Source of the DNA: Chiloscyllium plagiosum
Lineage: Eukaryota
Direction: 5' to 3'
NCBI RefSeq assembly: GCF_004010195.1
Contig: NC_057718.1
Location: 53,261,015 to 53,325,014, forward strand
Length of the DNA: 64,000 bases
The notes under the pieces were generated by a model. The model was not told where the DNA came from. It made no database searches and saw only the letters and a program-made list of their open reading frames with translations. The position numbers and the translations under genes were made by a program. The first letter of the stretch is position 1. Each line of letters begins with the position of its first letter. This document shows positions 41,229 to 52,700 of this stretch, one piece after another.

Positions 41229-42040
41229 TGCTGAGTTGACAATAAAACTCAAGAAGCTCGACATCATCAAATGGACAAACAGCCCATTTGGTTGGCAGCC
41301 AATTCATCACATGTAACATTTACTTCATTTGCCACTAATGTACAGTAGCAACAGTGTGTACAATCTACAAGTGCATTGCTGAGACTTACTAAGCTCCTTT
41401 GTCTGCATCTTCCAAACGCACAAGTACTAGCACTTAAAGGGAAAAAGGCATTAGATATATGAGATCACCACCTTCTAAACATTCTGCTGCAAGTCACACA
41501 TCTGCCTGATTTCCTAACTTTATTGCTATGCCTTTAGGGTGACTGGTCCAGGTCATGGAGCTCCCTTTCAAAAAGAGGATGGGCAATTAGGGATAGATAA
41601 TAAATGACATGAATGTTTGTTTGCCACCTATTAGCGCAAGCCTGGATGTTATCTAGGATTCGTTGTGTATGCTGATTGATTGATTCAGAGGAGCTACACT
41701 GAGGCCTAACCGTTTTATAACATATACCAATGATTTAAATGATGAGAGCTAAGGCATGGTAGCTAAATTTGCAGGAAATACAAATGTAGCTGGAAAAGTA
41801 TGTTGTGAAGGAGGCATACCGAGGCTCTATATCATTAAAAATACATTGAGTGACTGGACACAATTTGGCAGATGGAAATATAGTCTGTTTGTTCTACCAT
41901 ACAATAAATAGTAGAGCCATGTGAAGCATTGCAGAGGCATCCAGACATACAAGACCACAGTTCCCTGAAAGTGGAAACACAAGTGGATAATGTAGTCAAG
42001 GAAGCATGTAGCATGCTTGCCTTCATTGGTCAGGGCATAG

Positions 42041-42680
42041 ACCTCCTGTGAAGCGCTTCTGAGTTGTTTCCTCTGGCATTTATAGTGGTTTGTCTCTGCC
42101 GCTTCCAGTTGTCAGTTCCAGCTGTCCACTGCAGTGGCCGGTATATTGGGTCCATGCGGCTAGTTGGTGTTACTCACCAGGACAAAGGACCCGATACCCA
42201 GCATGAGCAAAACCAATGTAGTGTACAAAATCCCATGCAAGGACTGCACAAAACACTACATAGGACAAACAGGAAGACAGCTAATGATCTGTATCCATGA
42301 ACACCAACTAGCCTTGAAACGACACGACCAGCTATCCTTAGTAGCCACACACACAGATGACAAGCAACATGAGTTCGACTGGGACAACACTACTATTATA
42401 GGGCAAGCCAAACAGAGAACAGCCAGGGAATTCCTAGAGGCATGGCATTCATCCATAGATTCTATCAACAAACACATCGACCTGGACCCAATATGCCGGC
42501 CACTGCAGCGGACAGCTGGGACTGACAACCGGAAGCGGCAGGGACAGGCCACTATAAATGCTGGAGGAAACACCACAGAAGCGCTTCACAGGAGTGTCCC
42601 AAGCACTGATGATGTCACCTAGACAGGGGACGAAACGTCTGCAACACAAATTCCCAGCTCGGCGAACAGAACCACGACAG
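42041..42680 (+). mobile_element. Penelope-like element 3' part: GIY-YIG endonuclease, pLTR with hammerhead, inverted pLTR copy at the 5' end
   Basis: NVVYKIPCKDCTKHYIGQTGRQL..IHEH..REFLEAWHS; 42043-42154 is inverted at 42483-42594. Confidence 0.92.
42603..42642 (+). ncRNA. minimal type I hammerhead ribozyme motif (PLE-associated)
   Basis: gca-CTGATGA-t-gtcacct/agac/aggggac-GAAA-cg-TC-tgc: intact core, stem II and a 3-bp stem I. Confidence 0.75.
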
Positions 42681-42866
42681 ATCAATAAGATGGTTAAGGA
42701 GCCAATGAAAACTGCGCACACTTCCGATTTGTCAGCACACAAAAGGTCACAAGTGGATGGATCATTAATACGTTTTACAGGAGCACCAAAGCAACAGCTA
42801 TCAATATTGTTGCACTCTTTCTTAATCAAGAAGGAGTTGGGTGGCCAGTCAACCCCATTATAGCTT
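42680..42866 (-). pseudogene. pseudo-exon SYNGVDWPPNSFLIKKECNNIDSCCFGAPVKRINDPSTCDLLCADKSEVCAVFIGSLTILLI, cut by a Penelope insertion
   Basis: acceptor cactgacag|; phase-2 start compatible with the exon ending at 44502; 62 open codons up to the TE boundary. Confidence 0.6.
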
Positions 42867-42999
42867 CTGTCAGTGGGCTCACCAGAGAGAAGGTAGAAAG
42901 GATGGTTTATATCCTTTATATATATAACTTTTTATCACTGAATAACTTTATATCACTGACCAGAAAGGTGCCCTATTCAGCCCTACAGTGCCCTGGGAA

Positions 43000-43800
43000 T
43001 GCCCAACAATGAATGGGAAACAGAACTTAGTAAATGGAGTTCAAAGCTTAAAGTGTGGTAGGAAAAATCAAAAGGTGAACTATTGTTTAAATGGGGAGAG
43101 AATCCAAAAGAGTGCAACAGAAATTAATCTGGGTGTTCTTGTGCATAAAGTACAAAACAATTGGCATGTATGTGCAGCAAGTAATGAAGACAGCAAATGA
43201 AAATTTAGCCTTTGTTTCTCAAGGGCTAGAGTTTAAAAATAGGGATGTCTTGTTACAATTGTACAGGGTATTGGTGAAGCCACACCTGGAGTACTTTGTA
43301 AAGTTTTGATTCCCATAGTTAAGAAAAGAAGTAGTGGCTTTGGGGAAAATTTAAAAGAAATTCATGGGTGGATTTGTGGAATGAACAAACAGGTTAGATC
43401 TCTATTCATTGAAGTTTAGAATTCTAAAATTCTATAAGATTCTGAGAGGCGGGGATACATGACAGGGTCGATACTCAGAAGATGTTTCCACTATTGGGAC
43501 AATCTTGAACTATGGGATGTAAAATAAGGGATGCTGATTCAAAACCGAGATGCAAAGGAATGTTTTCTCCCAGTGAGCAGTGAAAATCTAGAATACACCA
43601 CCAGAGAATTATGAAGGTGAAATCACTGAAAGCACTTAAGAGGAGGTAAATAGGTCTTTGAAATATCAGGGATTTCAGGGCCAAGATGACTTAGCACAGA
43701 AGAGGAATTGAGGTTGCAGCATATTAGCAATGACCTGTTGAAATGGTGAGACGGGTTTGTGAGGTAGTATTTCCTACTCCTGCTCCTATTTCTCATGTTG
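43000..43800 (+). mobile_element. older CR1 3' fragment
   Basis: LYRVLVKPHLEY. Confidence 0.85.
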
Positions 43801-44501
43801 ATACACTCTCACCATTCTATTATTGTTTTCACTAGATGTTTCCATTCCACCTTTGTCATACAGCCCTTCCTCCTCTTGACTTCTTTTGCTTTCTTCACAA
43901 CTGGATTGGATCAAACTGAAATGATTACCACAACCTGAATGGCTACCATTCATAACCTTTCCCCCAGCCTGGCTTCATTTCCTAAAATTAAATCTACAAT
44001 TAGTTTCTTTCTTGTTGGGCTGGCTATGTGCTGACAATATGTAGCCTCCTGAATGTAGTCCAAATATTCTGCACTCTTCATATCTTTTATATTGATTTTA
44101 TCCCAGTTATGATTATAGTATTACAAATCTCTTATTACTGTCCTATTGTTTCTGAATTTCTCAGCAATTTGCCTGAATTCTTGTTTTTCTATCTCCCTCT
44201 GACAGTTGCAGATTCTGTGGTGTATTCCCTGCAGTATGATTGCTCATTTTTCGTTCCACAGTTTAATACATATGGTCCCATCTGTCAACCCTTCAATGTA
44301 CCATCTCAACTCACAACTGTAATTGTTTCTTTAGTCATTACTTCAACTCTACGCATTTCTTTTTTAGCACTTTCTCAACACTATATGGGGGCCATTTCTG
44401 GCCTCCTTCCAATTGTGTTTTAGTAACAGCAACAATATCATACTTCCAAATGTATCTGCCTTATTCATTGTACTGCTTAATATATAAAAAGCACAAATTA
44501 C

Positions 44502-44729
44502 TGCAGAAATTCTTTGTCATTTGTTTTCTTGGGTTTCATTTCTTTCCCCTCCATAATCATTACTATTTGCTTTTCACTGACTTCCATTGAAATCGGAACA
44601 AAATCAGGGCACACACTGGTGTCAGTTGATGCCAAGTGTAATAAAGTAAATAGAAAAAACTCGGGGAGATGAATTCTAAACCTTATGTGTTTGGATGGGC
44701 CTGTCACCATTTGGATAACATAACCTCTT
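44502..44729 (-). pseudogene. stop-free pseudo-exon RGYVIQMVTGPSKHIRFRIHLPEFFLF...NDKEFL
   Basis: acceptor ccctttgcacctag|, donor ca|gtaatt; 228 nt, phase 2 to 2; coincides with ORF 44498..44710. Confidence 0.6.
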
Positions 44730-46132
44730 CTAGGTGCAAAGGGTGCACTGATATAGAGTTATCGAGTCATAGAGATGTGCAACACGGAAACAGATCCTTC
44801 AATCCAACTCATCCATGCCGACTAGACATCCTAACGTAATCTAGTCCCATTTGCCAGTACTTGGTCCATATCCCTCTAAATCCCTTCCTATTAACATACT
44901 CATCCAGACAACTTTTAAATGTTATAATTGCTCCAGCCTCGAACACTTCCTCTGGCAGCTCATTCCACACACACGCACCACCCTCTGTGTGAAAAGTTGC
45001 CAAAAGTTGCCCCTTCGGTCCCTTTTAAACTTTTCCCCTCACTCTCTAAACCCATGCCCTCAAGTTCTCCCCCATTCTAGGGAAAAGACCTTGTCTATTT
45101 TCTCTGTTTATGCCACTTGTGATTTTATAAACCTCCATAAGGTCACCCCTCAGCCTTCGACACTCCAGGGAAAACAGCCCCAGCCTGTTCAGCCTCTGTC
45201 TACAGCTCAAATCCTCCAACCTTGGAAACATCCTTGTAAATCTTTTCTGAACCCTTTTAAGTTTCACAACATACTTATGATAGGAGGGAGAGTAGAACTG
45301 CACACGATATTCCAAAAGCAGCCTAACTAATGTCCTGTACAGCCACAACATGACCTCCCAATTCCTGTACGCAATACTCTGACCAATAAAGGAAAGCATA
45401 CCGAACGCCTTCTTCACTATCCAATCTACCTTCAACTCTACTTTCAGGGAAGTATAACCCTGCACTCCAAGGTCTCTTTGTTCAGCAACACTTCCTAGGA
45501 CCTTACTATTAAGGGTATAAGTCCTGACCTGATTTGCCTTTCCGAAATGTATCACCTCACATTTATCAAAATTAAACTCTATCTGCCACTCCTCAGCCCA
45601 TTGGCCTATCTGATCGAGATCCCATTTGTACTCTGACGTAACCTTTTTTGCTGTCCAATACACCTTCAATTTTGGTGTCATCTGCAAATGTACTAACTAT
45701 ACCTCCTATGTTCACAACCAAATAATTTATATAAAATGACAAAAAGTGGTGGACCCAGCACCGATCTTTGTGGTTCTGCACTGGTCACAGGCCTCCAGTC
45801 TGAAAAACAACCTTCCACCACCACCTTCTGTCTTCTACCTTTGAGCCAGTTTTGTATCAAGTGGCTAGTTCTCCCTGTGTTCCATGAGATCTAACCTTGC
45901 TAACCAGTCTCCTATGAGGAACCTTATTGAATGTCTTACTGAAGTCCATATTGATCACGTCCACCGTTCTGCCCTTATCAATCTTCTTTGTTACTTCTTC
46001 CAAAAAACACAATCAAGTTTGTGAGATATGATTTCCCATACACAAAGCCATGTTGACTATCCGTAATCAGTGCTGAAAAATGTGTTGCTGGAAAAGCGTA
46101 GCAGGTCAGGCAGCATCAAAGGAGCAGGAGAA

Positions 46133-46165
46133 TCGACGTTTCGGGCATAAGCCCTTCTTCAGGAA
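46133..46165 (-). ncRNA. minimal hammerhead ribozyme motif
   Basis: ttc-CTGAAGA-a-gggc/ttat/gccc-GAAA-cg-TC-ga. Confidence 0.75.
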
Positions 46166-46319
46166 TGAGGAGGGTGTGCCAAGCAGGCTAAGATAAAAGG
46201 TAGGGAGGAGGGACTTGGGGGAGGAGGGTTGGGAATGCGATAGATGGAAGGAGGTTGAGGTGAGGGTGATAGGCCGGAGGGGGGGTGGGGGCGGAGAGGT
46301 CGGGAAGAAGATTGCAGGT

Positions 46320-46671
46320 NNNNNNNNNNNNNNNNNNNNNNNNNNNNNNNNNNNNNNNNNNNNNNNNNNNNNNNNNNNNNNNNNNNNNNNNNNNNNNNNN
46401 NNNNNNNNNNNNNNNNNNNNNNNNNNNNNNNNNNNNNNNNNNNNNNNNNNNNNNNNNNNNNNNNNNNNNNNNNNNNNNNNNNNNNNNNNNNNNNNNNNNN
46501 NNNNNNNNNNNNNNNNNNNNNNNNNNNNNNNNNNNNNNNNNNNNNNNNNNNNNNNNNNNNNNNNNNNNNNNNNNNNNNNNNNNNNNNNNNNNNNNNNNNN
46601 NNNNNNNNNNNNNNNNNNNNNNNNNNNNNNNNNNNNNNNNNNNNNNNNNNNNNNNNNNNNNNNNNNNNNNN
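46320..46671. other. assembly gap (352 N)
   Basis: run of N. Confidence 1.
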
Positions 46672-47601
46672 TGGTGGTGGGGTCTGTTTGTAGGTGGCAG
46701 AAATGACGATGGATGATACGATGTATCTGGAGGTTGGTGGGGTGGTAGGTGAGGACCAGTGGGGTTCTGTCCTGGTGGCGATTGGAGGATTGGGGTTCAA
46801 GGATGGAGGAACGGGAAGTGGAGGAGATGCGGTGGAGAGCATTATAAATCACGTCTGAGGGGAAATTGCGGTCTTTGAAGAAGGAGGCCATCTGGGTTGT
46901 TCGGTTTTGGAATTGGTCCTCCTGGGAGCAGATGCAGCGGAGGCGAAGGAATTGGGGAAATTGCCTTGCCAAATATCACTGAAGTCAGGCAGACCTGTCT
47001 ATAGTTCCCTGGCCTTTCCTTACCAACTTTCTTAAACAGTGGCACCACGTTAGTCAACCTCCGGTCTCCTGGCACCTCACTTGTGACTATCAATGATACA
47101 AATATCTCAGCAAGGGCCCCAGCAATCACTTTCCTAGCTTGCCACAGAGTCCAAAGTCCTGGTCAGGTCCTGGGGATTTATCCACCTTTACGCATTTTAG
47201 GACATCTAACACCTCCTCCTCTGTAATATGGACATTTTTCAAAATGTCACCATCTAATTCCCTACATTCTATGACTTCCAGGCTGTTGTCCACAATAAAC
47301 ACTGATGCAAAATACTCATTTAATATCTCCCTGATCTCTTGTGGTTCCATATATTGGCTGCATTGCTGATCTTTGAGGGGCCCTATTCTCTCCCTAATTA
47401 TCCTTTTATCGTTAATGTATCTATAGAATCCCTTTAGAGTCTCCTTAACCCTATTTGGCAAAGCTATCTTATGTCCCCTTTTTGCCCTTCTTAAGCGTTC
47501 TCCTATTGCCTTTATACACATCTAAGGATCCACTTGATCTCGGCTGTCTATACTTGACATATGCTTCCTTCTTTTTCTGAACCAAGCCCCCAATTTATCT
47601 T

Positions 47602-47766
47602 CTAGAAGAAAGTGAGGACTGCAGATACTGGAGATCAGAGCTGAAAATGTGTTGCTGGAAAAGTGCAGCAGGATTCCTGAAGAAGGGCTCATGCCGAAAC
47701 GTCGATTCTCCTGCTCCTTGGATGCTGCCTGACCTACTGCGCTTTTCCAGCAACACATTTTCACCT
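47602..47766. mobile_element. 165-bp Penelope-derived mini-insertion: hammerhead between 30-bp inverted repeats, 11-bp TSD
   Basis: TSD caatttatctt (47591-47601, 47767-47777); inverted repeat 47643-47672 and 47733-47762; CTGAAGA..GAAACGTC at 47677-47703. Confidence 0.85.
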
Positions 47767-49435
47767 CAATTTATCTTGCCATCCAGCATTCTTTACACCT
47801 AACAGCCTTGTCTTTCACCCTAACAGGAATATACTGACTCTGGACTTTTGTTATCTCAGTTTTGAGGGCTTTCCATTTTCTAGCCATCCCTTTACTTGCG
47901 AATATCTGCCTCCAATCAACTTTTGAAAGTTCTTGCCTAATACCATCAAAATTGACCTTTCTTCCAATTTAGAACTTCAACTTTTAGATCCAGTCAATCC
48001 TTTTCCATCACTATTTTAAACCCAATAGAATTGTGGTCACTGGCTTTTCCTTACCATCTTTCTTAAATAGTCGCACCACGTTAGCCAACCTCCAGTCTTC
48101 CAGCACCGCTCTCCCACTGACACCTCAGTCACCTGCCCTGCCTTATTTCCCAAGAGTAGGTCAAGTTTTATACTTTCTCTAGTAGGTTCATCCACATACT
48201 GAATCAGAAAATTGTCTAGTACACGGTTAACAAATTCCTCTCCTTCTAAACCTTTAGCACAATGGCAGTCCCAGTCTATGTTCGGAAAGTTAAAATCCCC
48301 TACCATAACCACCCTATTAGTCTTAGAGATAACTGAGATCTCCTTGCAAATTTGTTTCTCAATTTCCTGCTGACTATTGGGGGAAAATCTGTAATACAAT
48401 CCCAATAAGGCATCATCCCTTTCTTATTTCTCAGTTCCACCCAAATAACTTCCCTGGATGTATTCCCAGGAATATTCTCCCTAAGTACAGCCTTAATGCT
48501 ATCCCTTAGCAAAAACGCCACTGCCCCTCCTTTCTTGCTCACCCTTTCTATCCTTCCTAGTGCATTTGTATCCTGGAACATTAAGCTGCCAGTCCTGTCC
48601 ATCCCTGAGCCATGTCCCTGTAATTGCTACGATATCCCAGTCCCATGTTCCTAACCATGCCCTGAGTTCATCTGCCTTCCCTGATAAGCCTCTTGCATTG
48701 AAGTAAATGCAGTTTAATTTATCAGTCCTACCATGTTCTCTGCTTTGTCCCTGCCTGCCCTGACTGTTTGACTCACTCCTTTTCCCAACAATACCAGTCT
48801 AAGATTGATCTCTTTCCTCAGTATTTGTCTGGGTACCACACTCCACTTTCTTGTTTAAATCCTCCAGAGCAGCTCGAGTAAATCTCCCTGCCAGTAAATT
48901 AGTCCCCTTTCAATTCAGGTGCAATCCATACTTCTTGTATAGGTCATTTCCACCCCAAAAGAGATTCCAATGAACTGAACATTCTGGATGACAGTCAAAT
49001 TATTAGTTACATGTCTTTTCACATCATCATGTAAAGCAAGCACAAGGTAAATAATCCTTCAAATCCATACATAAAGGAGCAACACACCAACAAGGTTGTT
49101 ATGAGCACATAGCATTACACTTCAGCAGTGTGGGGAGGTGATGTTGGAAACAGGATTAACTCCTACTGCAGCTCAGGACATCATTGTAAAGGAAATCATG
49201 AGCAGGTAGGCCACCAGAGATAATTGCAAAGTGCTGTTCATGCATTGGACAAATAGAGAACATCAAGAAAAATATAAATATATATTATCCATTCATTTTA
49301 TGCCACTTAATTTAATCTGATTACACACAGTATCCACATTCACAATGGGTGCAGGCAGATAATCTGTTATTTGCCCGCAATCAACTTTTATATGTTTAAA
49401 CCATTTGACTTAAATTATCAACAAATAAAAGATTA

Positions 49436-51162
49436 CATTCTTCTTCCATTGATGGGTTCGTGACTGATTACTGACATGGACCTCAACCCTTTGCAAGGTA
49501 AAGTGTAGCTTTTCTCCTGCAAAATGTTTGAAATCACATTAGCATTTCAATCACAATATATGGTAAGATGCACAGATGTTCGGTAATATCCTTGGACTCT
49601 CTGTCACTGGACATAAAAGAGCAACATTGACAACTGGGTACAGCGGAGAAAACTAGTAAAGTGGTGCTGGAAGGAGGGAGGGAGGGAGAGGAAGCATTAT
49701 TTCCTTCATCACTGTCCAATCAACTTTAAAGTAGTACATAGGATCGGTAAGATAACTCAAGGGAACTTGTGCTAATTCCTATGTTCCCACCCTTCATACT
49801 GTCTTAGCTTCATCACATCATTTCTCATCCCTAACCTCAAGGAAACTTATCAATGTGAAGAAAAGCCTTTCAAAACTTATTACAATCTAAAACGACAACC
49901 ACTTGTCGTTCCTTAGTTTTAACAGCAGATCTGCTGATCCACAACAAAAACCTTATTTAATACAAGCAATGTGTTTCAGTCTTTCATCTTGAAATATAAA
50001 GCTTGTAACGGACAACTATACGTATGATTCACATATTTATCATTGCTTCCATCCTTCCAAAGGTCAAATTGACCCATAACTATTGAAATGACACTTGCAA
50101 CTCAGGGGTGAGAGCCATAATTTACAACTTTGAGCTTGTTAACCTCAATACTCGAGGTGTCCAAACAATGCAAAGTAGCTGTTAACAAATCAGATAGAAT
50201 GCTGAACTTAATAGCCAAGACAATAAGTTATGTCAGAGCAAATATGTTCATACTGCTTAGTATTTGAGTCAGCATGTACATTGAATGCTGTACATCTTGT
50301 TCTGACCACCATAAAATAAGAAGGAAAATATCAATCTCATTAAAGCCCCTATGTTTCGCATATCTGTGATATCGACGTGCAATTCCTAAATGGCCACAAG
50401 TGAAAATAATACTCCTTAATCTTTACATAAGCTTAGGATATTGGTAAAGAAGTAGACAACAGATTCTGCTTCACATCAAAGCAAATGTTTACATGCATGA
50501 ACACCACACACTCTCTAACCTGATGCAGGCACTGTGCACAGAATAATGGAGTGACATTGTTAGGTTCACTGCTAGTGTCTGAAAACTATAAGCAGCATAA
50601 AATGTGGATGCTATTGTGACCTTCACGGGCACAGTGAATGATGCTTTCAGGTGATTCACTGCAAATTGTTGTGCAGCAGGCTTTAGCGCTTTGCAAGCAC
50701 CTTATTGTCAAATTTCAGTTTCAAATGTATTGTTGTTCCTCCAGATCAAAGTAAGTTGTACTGACCTTAACCATACAGCCTCAAGACAGCTGATTTAATG
50801 GATTGTCATTTTTCTCTGCAGCTTTTAGACATTTGAAATGATGCAGTGCAACAAATGTTGCAAAATCACTTTTATTGAACAACTGCTCTATTCAGATAGT
50901 ATTCTTGTTCACCTATGCAGTACAGTGACCATATTCATCTTTTTAAATCACAGAGTCAGACAACTGAACGTCCTAATGAATTTAGTGGCTTACTTCCATG
51001 ATGCGGAATGGTCCATGAACCATAAATTTATCTTGTTCATTAAGCCCTCCTTTAAGTTTCAAGTATCCCTACTTAAAAATAAAGCAGCAAAATTTTAGTG
51101 TTTAACAGATGGTAGTTTATTACATTCCTGCAAGTTGCAATGTAGACTTAGTCAGTTATTAG
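49436..51162 (-). pseudogene. cluster of ~6 pseudo-exons (51162-50994, 50912-50766, 50700-50520, ~50430-50310, 50178-49836, 49633-~49436)
   Basis: strong sites (tgtttctgtgttttag|, gaa|gtaagc, aag|gtcagt, tttgttaacag|, ag|gttagg); introns ~65-200 nt; peptides such as GYLKLKGGLNEQDKFMVHGPFRIME|VNKNTI*IEQLFNKSDFATFVALHHFKCLK and VASVISIVMGQFDLWKDGSNDKYVNHTYSCPLQALYF; some frames ambiguous. Confidence 0.6.
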
Positions 51163-51246
51163 CTAAAACACAGAAACAGAGAGTAAAAAGAGATATGGAT
51201 AAAAAAAATACACAAAGTTGAAATTAAGATCAGTCTTTTATCTTAA

Positions 51247-51460
51247 AGAGGGCGTTCATCTGCTCTCAGTGTGGAAAGGGCTTCACCCGCTCCTCCCACC
51301 TGCGGAGCCACCAGCGAGTTCTGGAAGTTTTTGAGGCTGTAACTCTGAAGATGGACAAGGGAGATCCAGTGGATGTAGTGTACCTGGAGTTTCAGAAAGC
51401 CTTTGATAAAGTCCCACATAGGAGGTTAGTGAGCAAAATTAGGGCGCATGGTACTGGGGG
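51247..51460 (+). other. chimeric insertion: one C2H2 zinc-finger fragment fused in frame to an internal CR1 RT fragment
   Basis: RAFICSQCGKGFTRSSHLRSHQRV joined to LEVFEAVTLKMDKGDPVDVVYLEFQKAFDKVPHRRLVSKIRAHG. Confidence 0.9.
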
Positions 51461-51599
51461 CTTGCTTGCTGAAGGTGTAGACATTGAAAATTTGAAATCA
51501 GAATTCAGCAGCTATAATGTTTTCTGATACTTGGAGTTTACTTTTACAGGTGGACTCAGCAGAAGAGGTGTGGGAGAGAGCTCCTTCTTTTACTTTTAC

Positions 51600-52330
51600 A
51601 GGGTAACCACGAATCGTTACACATTGTACTTTTTAAAACATTTAACTTTAATACTATCCTTAACTTCCTTTGTTAACTATGTTGGTTTATGCCTTTCCTC
51701 CAATCCTTTCTCACTGGATTATATCTTTGCTGGGAGCCATGATCTATTTTCTCAAAAGTCTGTTGTTATTCCTCAATGAACTTTGCTGCTAAACTGCTTT
51801 CCCAGTCCATTCGAGTTAACTCTGCCCTCAACTCTATATAATTGTTCTTATTTAAATTCAGCACTGTTTATTCCATCCTAAGTTTCTAACGCTCAATCTG
51901 AAAGCTAAATTCTACCCACTATTTCCCAGGGGATCTTTTACTCAGAGATTATTTATTAAACCTGTCTCATTACACATCACCAGATCCAAAAGATCCTGAT
52001 CACTGCTTGGAACCATAATATATTGTTCTAGTAAACTGTTCTGAGTAGATTTTGAATTCTTCCTCATACCTACCTGGGTCAATTTGATTTTCCCAACCTA
52101 CATGGACATTAAAGTTGCTCATTATTAATGTACTGCCTTTTTAAATATTATCTCATGATTTATTCTCCATCCTACAAATCAGCATAATTTTAAGGAGCCC
52201 ATAGACTACTCCCACCAGTGTCTTCCTCCCCTTGCTATTTGTTACCTCCATCCATATGGATTCTATACCATCAAGTTAAGATCATTTCCTGCTATCGTAC
52301 TTATTCCATGTTATACTAACAAAGATAAGC
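51600..52330 (-). mobile_element. decayed CR1 endonuclease fragment
   Basis: reverse-strand LVGVVY / NFNV.V.W remnants. Confidence 0.6.
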
Positions 52331-52529
52331 TTTTTCTGTAGGATTGAGCAAAAATCTCCATCATCTAAAATACTGAACAAGACCCTGGACTTTTTTAACA
52401 TCTAAGATACTGACAAATCCTGGGCTTGGGTTGCAAACACACAATGATTTCTATCTGGGGCTATTGTTCAGCTTGGAATTCCAACTTACACCTCCACTCC
52501 AGGAGAATAAACAACCAAACCTAACACTG

Positions 52530-52700
52530 TCGACAAAGTTAAAAATCACACAACACCCCAGGTTATAGTCCAACAGGTTTATTTGGAAATACAAGCTTTT
52601 GGAGCGTTGCTCCTTCGTCAGGTAGCTAGTGGGGCAGGATCATAGGACACAGAATTTATAGCAAAAGATCAAAGTGTCATACAACTGATGCAAAGTATCG
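52530..52700 (-). mobile_element. Penelope-like 3' end with a degenerate hammerhead
   Basis: CTGACGA-a-ggagc/aac/gctcc-aAAA at 52597-52621 (the G of GAAA is mutated). Confidence 0.7.

Larger units (their letters stand above)
46072..46962 (-). mobile_element. Penelope-like element (RT C-terminal linker and pLTR) spanning the assembly gap
   Basis: QFLRLRCICSQE..FKDRNFP..PLVLTYHPT; pLTR with hammerhead. Confidence 0.88.
44755..48970 (-). mobile_element. near full-length CR1 ORF2 with two nested Penelope insertions
   Basis: VMVGDFNFPNIDW, KSPGPD, FADDTKIEG, LVRLLLEY; tail at 44755. Confidence 0.95.

Noticed and set aside
46106..46972. 143-288-aa ORFs
   Set aside because: Lengths are inflated by the N gap; only the PLE portion is meaningful.
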